Below, piece by piece: positions 26,625 to 34,136 of a stretch of DNA of 64,000 nucleotides. Origin of the DNA: Bacteroidota bacterium (GTDB taxonomy: Bacteria > Bacteroidota > Ignavibacteria > Tepidaquicellales > Tepidaquicellaceae). A program made the position numbers and the translations under genes. Within the stretch, counting starts at the first letter, position 1. Each line of letters opens with the position of its first letter. The notes below the pieces were generated by a model. It saw only the letters and a program-made list of their open reading frames with translations, searched no databases and was not told the origin of the DNA. The stretch spans positions 705-64,704 of the forward strand of contig JAJTBN010000001.1 of NCBI GenBank assembly GCA_021286895.1. The letters run 5' to 3'.

Positions 26625-26716
26625 ATATCCGGTAAACCGGGATTTATAACTCTAAATGTGTTTTTGATTCGCGAAATTTATATTATTATTGTAAGTGAAC
26701 ATTTAATATTTAACGG

Positions 26717-29149
26717 ATGAAATTAAAATTAGGAGTGTTAGTTATATTCGCCGCGCTTTTTCTGTACGCGTCTTCAGCCCGTTCCCAGTGCAGCGTAACG
26801 GGAACGGTTTACGATTTCAAGGACGGAACGCCGCTTAAGGAAGTGACGGTAAGAGTGCTTAACGTAAAAGATTCATCGGTAGTAAAAGGAACGGTTACGG
26901 ATGAAAGCGGATTTTTTACGGTAACGGGATTAAAGAACGGGAAATACACGCTGGCGCTTTCATACATAGGTTATAAAAATTATTACAGAAAAATTTCTTT
27001 CGCGGAGAAATCCGATATTTCTCTCGATACGATAAAACTCAGGACAGACGGATATTCGACTGACGAAATAAAGGTCGAAAGCGACGCGCCCGACATGCGC
27101 CTTGAGGATGAGAAGAAGGTATTCGATGCCGAGAAACTCACATCGACAAAAGGCGGCACGGCTCTCGATGTTCTGAAGAAAGTGCCGATGGTGGATGTTG
27201 ACGCTGACGACAACGTAACTCTGCGCGGGAGCACGAACGTGCTGATACTCGTCGACGACAAACCGATGAAATTCGGAAGTCTGAGACAGATTCCCGCCGA
27301 CGCGATAAAAAACGTTGAAATCATAACGAACCCTTCGGCGAAGTACGAAGCTGAAGGCGTTACGGGAATCATAAACATAGTGATGCAGCCGAAGAAGGAC
27401 GACGTTCTCGGGTATAACGGTTACGTTTATACGGGAATCCGAGGTGAATTAAACGGCGGATATCTCGGAGGCGGAGTCAACATAAGAAAAAACAAATGGA
27501 GTTTCTTCGTTAACGGCGGCGGCGGAATTTTTAAAAGGACGAACGATTTCATATCCGAAACCTATTATGACAATCCCGTTTACTCTTTTGTATCGAATTC
27601 ATCGGGCAGCGGCACGAGCAATTTCGGCTTCGGCACGCTCGGCGCCGAGTACGAAATAAGCAAAGGTCACGCGATAGGGACGGAGATAAACTTCAACCCT
27701 TTCAAGTACGACCAGAATTCGAACGGCCACAGCCGTGAGTTTTTCTCGTCAGGACTGCCGAAATCGCTGTACGACAACGGTTCGAGCGGCAACGGATACT
27801 TCACGAATTTCGGCGCCAGTATTTATTACAACGGGAAACTCAAGAAACCCGGGCACGAACTTAATGTGGATATGTTTTACGGAAATGACGGCAACGATAA
27901 CACGAATGAGCAGTACCAGCAGTATTACGATTCTCTTTTCGTTCAGCTGCCTCTTCCAAACAAACAGAAAAGCGTAACGACGAACAAGAACTACAATCTC
28001 CGCCTGCAGGTAGATTATACAAACCCGATAAGCGACAACACAAAACTTGAAGCGGGTTACAAGGGAACATACAGAAGCAACGACAACGACTACACATACG
28101 ACACGCTTAACTACGCTTACAACGGTTACATAAGAAGTCAGGACCTTACGAATCATTTCAAACTGAACGAAAGCATTAACGCCGTATATGCCACGCTTTC
28201 GCAGAAGATAAAGAACTTCAGGATTAAACTCGGGCTGAGAGCGGAGCATACTCATACGCACGGCGAACTTGTGACTAACAACTACATTTTCACGAAAGAC
28301 TATATTGATTTCTTCCCGACGGTCAGTCTTTCACAGAAAATCGGGAATTCAAACGAACTGCAGTTAAGTTACAGCAGACGTATAACGCGTCCGAACATCT
28401 GGAGGCTGAATCCGTTCGTTAACAGGTACAACAACCGTTACGTTAATTACGGAAATCCCGAACTGCTGCCTGAGTTTACAAACTCGTTCGAACTCAGCCA
28501 TAATTTTTATTCCAATTTTATTACTGTCACAACTTCGGTTTTTTACAGGCAGTCGTACGACGTAATGACAAGTTACAGTTACGTGCAGGATTCGACAACG
28601 ACGGTCACCACTTACAAAAACGGCGCCGGCTCGAAATCGTACGGCGCGGATTTAATAGTCAGGAGTTCGGCGTTGAAATTCATGACGCTGAACGGGACTC
28701 TGAGCATGTACCAGTCGAAATTCGACGCGAGCGCCGTGAACGACTACAAGAGCGAGGAGGGATTCACATGGAGGGCGAACGTACGTTCTTCGATAAACGT
28801 GTTTGAATTGTTCAGCATAGAACTGTTTTACAATTACACGGGTAAGAAATTCAGCGCGACGGGGTATAACGACCCGATGCAGAATTTCGACATCGGCATA
28901 AACAAGGAACTGCTGAAGAAGAAACTTACCGTCGGCATCAGGGCGGAGGACGTGTTCAAGACGAGAAAGTGGGGCGGCGAGAACAACGGAATCGGTTACA
29001 GGACCGTCAGCAGCAGCACCTGGGACTCGCGTATTTTCTTCATAAACATTTCCTATAATTTCGGCAATACCGACCAGTACTACCAGAAATCGAAACGTAC
29101 GAAACAGAACGAGAACGAGACACAGGACGAGAAGCAGGACAACAAATAA
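26717..29149 (+). CDS. TonB-dependent receptor / outer-membrane beta-barrel family protein (paralog of 24128-26569)
   Basis: Same architecture and many shared motifs (IINNPSAKYEAEGVSGIINI vs IITNPSAKYEAEGVTGIINI; LSYSRRINRPN vs LSYSRRITRPN). The barrel ends in NISYNFG followed by a charged tail. Confidence 0.85.
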   Translation: MKLKLGVLVIFAALFLYASSARSQCSVTGTVYDFKDGTPLKEVTVRVLNVKDSSVVKGTVTDESGFFTVTGLKNGKYTLALSYIGYKNYYRKISFAEKSDISLDTIKLRTDGYSTDEIKVESDAPDMRLEDEKKVFDAEKLTSTKGGTALDVLKKVPMVDVDADDNVTLRGSTNVLILVDDKPMKFGSLRQIPADAIKNVEIITNPSAKYEAEGVTGIINIVMQPKKDDVLGYNGYVYTGIRGELNGGYLGGGVNIRKNKWSFFVNGGGGIFKRTNDFISETYYDNPVYSFVSNSSGSGTSNFGFGTLGAEYEISKGHAIGTEINFNPFKYDQNSNGHSREFFSSGLPKSLYDNGSSGNGYFTNFGASIYYNGKLKKPGHELNVDMFYGNDGNDNTNEQYQQYYDSLFVQLPLPNKQKSVTTNKNYNLRLQVDYTNPISDNTKLEAGYKGTYRSNDNDYTYDTLNYAYNGYIRSQDLTNHFKLNESINAVYATLSQKIKNFRIKLGLRAEHTHTHGELVTNNYIFTKDYIDFFPTVSLSQKIGNSNELQLSYSRRITRPNIWRLNPFVNRYNNRYVNYGNPELLPEFTNSFELSHNFYSNFITVTTSVFYRQSYDVMTSYSYVQDSTTTVTTYKNGAGSKSYGADLIVRSSALKFMTLNGTLSMYQSKFDASAVNDYKSEEGFTWRANVRSSINVFELFSIELFYNYTGKKFSATGYNDPMQNFDIGINKELLKKKLTVGIRAEDVFKTRKWGGENNGIGYRTVSSSTWDSRIFFINISYNFGNTDQYYQKSKRTKQNENETQDEKQDNK

Positions 29150-29231
29150 AATCAGATATCAAAAATTAAAAATACAAATCAAAATCAAATAGAGTAAAGG
29201 TTCAAAGACAGTAACAGCGCAACAAATGTAA

Positions 29232-29276
29232 TCGAGAGTCTCTCCGATGTACATCGGAGGACTCTCGGTTTTTTTG
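29232..29276 (+). terminator. Intrinsic terminator formed by a GAGAGTC-family hairpin
   Basis: CGAGAGTCTCTCCGATG-TA-CATCGGAGGACTCTCG followed by a T7 run, 83 nt after the receptor stop. Confidence 0.6.
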
Positions 29277-29294
29277 TGTTAAGCCGTAGTTCAT

Positions 29295-29334
29295 CCCGGG
29301 AGTCCCCCGAAAACGGGGAGACTCACGGATACGG
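29295..29334. repeat. Inverted-orientation copy of the CGTATCCGGGAGTCTCCC...GGGGACTC hairpin repeat
   Basis: The reverse complement CCGTATCCGTGAGTCTCCCCGTTTTCGGGGGACTCCCGGG aligns with the cores at 13024, 13127 and 20466, including the CGTATCCG flank. Confidence 0.6.
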
Positions 29335-29448
29335 ATGGAGAAGACGATTTTCAAAAGTTAGGAGTAAAGCCTGTCCTTAGAAATACCTCTTGACTTTATA
29401 ATTAACAAAGTATAAATTGTAGTGGAAGTCTACCACAACATTTTATAA

Positions 29449-30294
29449 ATGGATGAATTAGTCTTAAAATTACGGCTGCTGGGATTCACCGAGAACGAAT
29501 CAAAGATATTCATAGCGCTGCTAAAGGGCCGTATAATGACTGCCGCCGACGTCTCAAAATCCTCCAAAGTTCACCGCACGGATGTTTATTCGATACTAAA
29601 AACATTTGTAGAGAAAGGCTATTGCAATGAGATAGAGACAAATTCAATCCTTAGGTACGAAATCATAGACCCCGAAGTCATTCTCGGTAAACTGCAGTTG
29701 AATCTCGAGCGGGAGAGGGAGAAGAAGGCGAAAGCGTACAACGATACATTCAAAATGCTGAAGCCTCTTTACAACGCGAAGAGCGAGGCAAGGACTAACT
29801 CCAACATTGAACTAATACGCGGGTACAACAAACAGCGCGAGATAAAATTCTACGACCTTCTGAAGAAAGCGAAAAAGGAAATCCTTTTCATGATACGCCT
29901 TGAACTGTTTATCTCGGACGAAGTCGACGAAATGGCGGCTAAGTTCGTGAAGAACGGGGGAGTCATAAAATCCATTTACGAAGTTCACGGCGGCCTGAAA
30001 ATAAAGCGCGGCGACAAGTGGAGCAAAGCGGGTCCCGCCGACCTTATAAAGATATTCGGGAAATTCGAGAGTTACGGAGAGAAACTGAGAATAACCTCGG
30101 ATAAAATCCCCAACTATACGATTATAGACCGCGAGGTTGTTTTCATGAATGTAGCGGATAAGTCAGTGCCCCGTTACAATGAAGCGGACATAATAATAAG
30201 AAACAAAAATTTCGCCGAAAGCCATGCGGCGGTGTTCAACACGATATGGGAAAGAGCGGTAACGCTGAGGGAGTATACAGCCAAAAATAAATAA
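29449..30294 (+). CDS. TrmB-family transcriptional regulator
   Basis: N-terminal winged-helix LGFTENESKIFIALLKGRIMTAADVSKSSKVHRTDVYSILKTFVEKGYC, a coiled linker, and a C-terminal effector-like domain. Confidence 0.8.
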   Translation: MDELVLKLRLLGFTENESKIFIALLKGRIMTAADVSKSSKVHRTDVYSILKTFVEKGYCNEIETNSILRYEIIDPEVILGKLQLNLEREREKKAKAYNDTFKMLKPLYNAKSEARTNSNIELIRGYNKQREIKFYDLLKKAKKEILFMIRLELFISDEVDEMAAKFVKNGGVIKSIYEVHGGLKIKRGDKWSKAGPADLIKIFGKFESYGEKLRITSDKIPNYTIIDREVVFMNVADKSVPRYNEADIIIRNKNFAESHAAVFNTIWERAVTLREYTAKNK

Positions 30295-30312
30295 AAATTT
30301 AAATCGAATTTT

Positions 30313-32811
30313 ATGAAAAAATTTCTATTGGTTTTTATGCTGTTTTTCACGTTGATTCAAATGCAGTTTGCGAAAGCGGTCTTTTCGCAACAGGGATGGT
30401 TTATACAGCAAAGTAGTTTTCAGTATCCCACCGGAGACGTGTTTTTTATTGACTCCCAGACAGGCTGGATAACTTCCGACTCCGGAAGGGTTTTCAAATC
30501 TACGGACGGAGGCTGGAACTGGATACTGTATACCGCCGGAACTGATTACACGCTTTATTCTATTCGATTTATAAACGCTCAAACCGGATGGGCGGCAGGA
30601 GGCCTTGAATATTACAACCCCTTCAGCATGGAATACGCCGTTATAGTAAAAACAACCAACGGCGGCGTTAACTGGATGACGCAGTTTAATGATTCGTGGG
30701 GACCGCATTTCAATACTCTTTCAATACTGGATATTAATACAGTATATGCAATCGGCGAGGGTACGGATATGTCGGGATTTGCATCCAACGGAATTTGCCT
30801 GAAAACGACAAATAGCGGAGTAAACTGGATATATGATACCTTGTCGGGAAAAGCACTGGTATCGATGAATTTTATAAACAGCCAGACAGGATGGATTTAC
30901 GGTTATTCCAGTAATGATGTTCTGCCTGCAAAAAGATTTATATTCAGAACTACAAACGGCGGAACATCATGGACAAACACATACCTGGATTCTCTGCATT
31001 CAACATTTTCCGTTTTCTATCCGAGAATATTTTTTGGGGATGCGAATACCGGTTATTTTTTGGATAATGTACCGAGGAAGTCTGTAAACGGCGGTTTCAA
31101 CTGGGTGTTTATGGATTCACTCAGCACATACGGCTCACGCAATCTGTTTTTTACAAGCAAGGATACAGGATGGATATGCGGCAATGCCTTCGGAAATAAT
31201 TTTATACGCAGGACAACAAACGGCGGAATCAACTGGACAAACCAGTATACGCCTGCATATGCGGACAGGATGTATTTTATTAATTCAAATACCGGGTGGG
31301 GTATAAATCCGGGCAGACAGCTTATAAAAACAACAACAGGAGGGGTTTCGCCCAACTGGGACACGGCTTCCGTCAAATACAATCCGATGTTAGTCGGCAA
31401 CAAGTATATTTATAATTATATTTCAACTCCCTACGGCACAGAATCTTATTATACAAGATCCGATATTACAAAAGATACTTTAATCGGCGGTACGAAATAT
31501 TTTTATTATCAGAACTCCCCGCTCTTCGGGAATAACTGGATTCGTTTTGACTCTCTGAACGGAATGCTGCTGGCCCGCTCAACGAATTCGGGATGCGGAA
31601 TATATCCGAACGATAATTACGTTGATTCCCTCGCTTCCAGAGTAAACAACCACTGCGACGGATGTTTTTTCACCTGGTTTAATTCCAGAATATGTATGGA
31701 TACTGTTAACGTTACACTCTTTGGAACCGATGTATTCAGAGGCAAGAACTTCCGTCATGATGGAATGCTTCTCGGCTCGGCAGTATATGCGAGAAATATC
31801 GGGGTAGCCAGCGTTTCAACGACAGAGGCGGGTACAGGCGGTTACTGGGTTTTAAAAGGCTGTCAGGTAAACGGCTCGGTTTACGGGGATACGAACATGT
31901 ATTATTCTGTATCCGGCACTGTAAGATACACCGATAATAATCAAATAGTGACATCAGGAATGGTAAAGGCAATTAAACACAACAAGCTGACAGGACAAAT
32001 AACATTTGTTGATTCCGCGAATGTTCAGAGTGACGGGACATACAGGCTTATTCATTTAAGGCAGGATTCGGTTTATATTGGACTTTATCCGGTTACTACA
32101 CCTCCTAGAGATTATCTTATAAGCTATTATCCGTCGACAAATTACTGGGAAACCGCTTCAATTATCTATCCCACGAATAATCTTTCAAACATTAACCTCG
32201 GAGCAATAAGAATAACGGAAACAACAGCTCTTAATTCCGTCAGTGGAAAGGTAATGAGTAATTTATTACCCAAAGACGCAAATCTTTGCTTTGTTAATCT
32301 TTACGCGAAAAGCGGAGATGAATACGTAAGATGCACATCGACAGACATTAACGGAATATATCGCTTGAACTCGCTCCCGATCGGTACTTTGAGAATTATC
32401 GCGAACCGAATCGGTTATAAAAGCGACAGTACAAACGTTACGGTTACATATTCGGGCGACTTTGACTCTGTAAATTTTTATCTCAATCTGTGGACGATGG
32501 GAATTTCAAAATCAAGCGGCACACCGGACAAATTTTCACTTGGCCAGAATTATCCGAACCCGTTCAACCCGGCAACAAATATTAAGTTCGATTTACCCGC
32601 AAACGGATTTGTAAATCTGAAAATATTTAATTTACTCGGGCAGGAAATTACGACACTTGTAAACCAGAACATGAACGCGGGGAGCTACACTGTCGACTGG
32701 AACGCGTCGGCTTATCCCAGCGGCGTGTATTTCTGCAGGATAGCCGTTACGGATGCTTCCGGGAAAAAAATTAGTTTCAATGAAACAAAAAGAATGGTTC
32801 TGCTAAAATAA
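30313..32811 (+). CDS. Secreted BNR/Asp-box beta-propeller protein with carboxypeptidase-regulatory-like module and T9SS C-terminal sorting domain
   Basis: Signal peptide. Repeated Asp-box-like motifs STDGGWNW, TTNGGVNW, TTNSGVNW, TTNGGTSW, SVNGGFNW and TTNGGINW. C-terminal FSLGQNYPNPFNPATNIKFDLP...GVYFCRI. Confidence 0.8.
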   Translation: MKKFLLVFMLFFTLIQMQFAKAVFSQQGWFIQQSSFQYPTGDVFFIDSQTGWITSDSGRVFKSTDGGWNWILYTAGTDYTLYSIRFINAQTGWAAGGLEYYNPFSMEYAVIVKTTNGGVNWMTQFNDSWGPHFNTLSILDINTVYAIGEGTDMSGFASNGICLKTTNSGVNWIYDTLSGKALVSMNFINSQTGWIYGYSSNDVLPAKRFIFRTTNGGTSWTNTYLDSLHSTFSVFYPRIFFGDANTGYFLDNVPRKSVNGGFNWVFMDSLSTYGSRNLFFTSKDTGWICGNAFGNNFIRRTTNGGINWTNQYTPAYADRMYFINSNTGWGINPGRQLIKTTTGGVSPNWDTASVKYNPMLVGNKYIYNYISTPYGTESYYTRSDITKDTLIGGTKYFYYQNSPLFGNNWIRFDSLNGMLLARSTNSGCGIYPNDNYVDSLASRVNNHCDGCFFTWFNSRICMDTVNVTLFGTDVFRGKNFRHDGMLLGSAVYARNIGVASVSTTEAGTGGYWVLKGCQVNGSVYGDTNMYYSVSGTVRYTDNNQIVTSGMVKAIKHNKLTGQITFVDSANVQSDGTYRLIHLRQDSVYIGLYPVTTPPRDYLISYYPSTNYWETASIIYPTNNLSNINLGAIRITETTALNSVSGKVMSNLLPKDANLCFVNLYAKSGDEYVRCTSTDINGIYRLNSLPIGTLRIIANRIGYKSDSTNVTVTYSGDFDSVNFYLNLWTMGISKSSGTPDKFSLGQNYPNPFNPATNIKFDLPANGFVNLKIFNLLGQEITTLVNQNMNAGSYTVDWNASAYPSGVYFCRIAVTDASGKKISFNETKRMVLLK

Positions 32812-32931
32812 TAATACGAAACAAAAACTTCGCCGAAAGCCATGCGGCGGTGTTCAACACGATTTGGGAAAGAGCGGTAACGCTGAGGGAGTATACAGCC
32901 AAAAATAAAATTTAAATTAAAGATTATGAAA
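32808..32931 (+). repeat. Duplicated copy of the last ~100 nt of the TrmB gene plus the spacer up to the next start codon
   Basis: 32808-32908 aligns with 30190-30294 with only three substitutions. Similarity continues through the spacer to the ATGAAAA start. This copy lies outside any long ORF and is a gene-remnant-like segment. Confidence 0.85.
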
Positions 32932-34128
32932 ACTATTTTGTGTATCGTCTTTTTAGTCTTCTCAATTGCATTCTCTGCAAACGCGCAGTGGGTGAAGGTG
33001 CAGGATGCAACCAGTTACACAAGCGTGTTTTCGGGCAGCTCGTCGGGTTTTCTTTACACGACATCGTACGGGGGCGTTTACCGTTCCGGTGATAACGGCG
33101 GTAACTGGATTTTCATGAATCCCGGAATTCAGACCGGGACTGCCGTGACTTCCGTAAGCGCAAACGACTCCTTGGTATTTGCCAGCACTTCATCGGCATT
33201 GTACAAGTCTTCGAATTCCGGAGTGAACTGGACGCTGGTTCTGAACGGATATACAGGAATTAATTCAATTTACAGAACGGGCAATTATGTTTTTTTCAAT
33301 ACATACACTTCAATATCGCGTTCCACAAATAACGGCATTAGTTTTTCATACGCGAATTCAGGCCTTCCTTCAAACCCGAACCTGCAATTCATAACAGGCT
33401 CATCGGGGAGATTATACGCCGCCGGAATTTCTTCAAACGGCGTTTACACGTCAACAAACAACGGAGACAATTGGTCAAAGGCCGGAACTGAAATACCTTC
33501 AGGCATCGGGACGTACTCACTGTTCGCATCTGATAATATTGTAATGGCCGGTACCGACAACGGGGTTTACATCTCGACAAATTACGGAGCAAACTGGAGA
33601 CTTATACCGGGTATACTCGGCGCATACGGATATTACGGGTTAGCGAGAAGCGGAAACAGGTTGTTTATAAGCGCGTGGGGTTCCGGTGTATATGCGTCAA
33701 CTAACCTGGGACAGAACTGGATTGCCTGGAATCAGGGTATAAGCGGCGGTTTATGCAACGGAATGTACTATTACGGCAACTATGTCTTTTGCGGAACAAT
33801 AACGGCGATTTACAGAAGGCCGGTATCAGATGTGGGAATAAAATTTACCGGGGAAGGAATCCCGGAAAATTTTAAACTATTTCAAAACTATCCTAATCCG
33901 TTTAACCCGGTTACAAAAATCAGATTTCAAATACCGGCAAAGACCGGTGTTCAGATAGCCGTCTATGATGTAAAAGGGAGACTCGTACAAATGCTTATAG
34001 ACGAAGAGATAAAAGCCGGGATGTATGAAATTACTTATGACGGAAGCGGTCTTGGAAGCGGAACATATTTCTGCGTAATGACGGCGGGTGAATTCAAAGA
34101 AGTAAAAAAATTAATATTAATAAAATAA
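32926..34128 (+). CDS. Secreted BNR/Asp-box beta-propeller protein with T9SS C-terminal sorting domain
   Basis: Signal peptide ending in SANAQ. Motifs SGDNGGNW, SSNSGVNW, STNNGISF, STNNGDNW, STNYGANW and STNLGQNW. C-terminal FKLFQNYPNPFNPVTKIRFQIP...GTYFCVM. Confidence 0.8.
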   Translation: MKTILCIVFLVFSIAFSANAQWVKVQDATSYTSVFSGSSSGFLYTTSYGGVYRSGDNGGNWIFMNPGIQTGTAVTSVSANDSLVFASTSSALYKSSNSGVNWTLVLNGYTGINSIYRTGNYVFFNTYTSISRSTNNGISFSYANSGLPSNPNLQFITGSSGRLYAAGISSNGVYTSTNNGDNWSKAGTEIPSGIGTYSLFASDNIVMAGTDNGVYISTNYGANWRLIPGILGAYGYYGLARSGNRLFISAWGSGVYASTNLGQNWIAWNQGISGGLCNGMYYYGNYVFCGTITAIYRRPVSDVGIKFTGEGIPENFKLFQNYPNPFNPVTKIRFQIPAKTGVQIAVYDVKGRLVQMLIDEEIKAGMYEITYDGSGLGSGTYFCVMTAGEFKEVKKLILIK

Positions 34129-34136
34129 ATCAGACT

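Noticed and set aside
30190-32908. The ~100-nt repeat pair as a template/variable repeat of a diversity-generating retroelement.
   Set aside because: The three mismatches are A>C, T>C and A>T, so they are not adenine-specific. No reverse transcriptase gene is present, and neither copy lies in a C-terminal variable domain.
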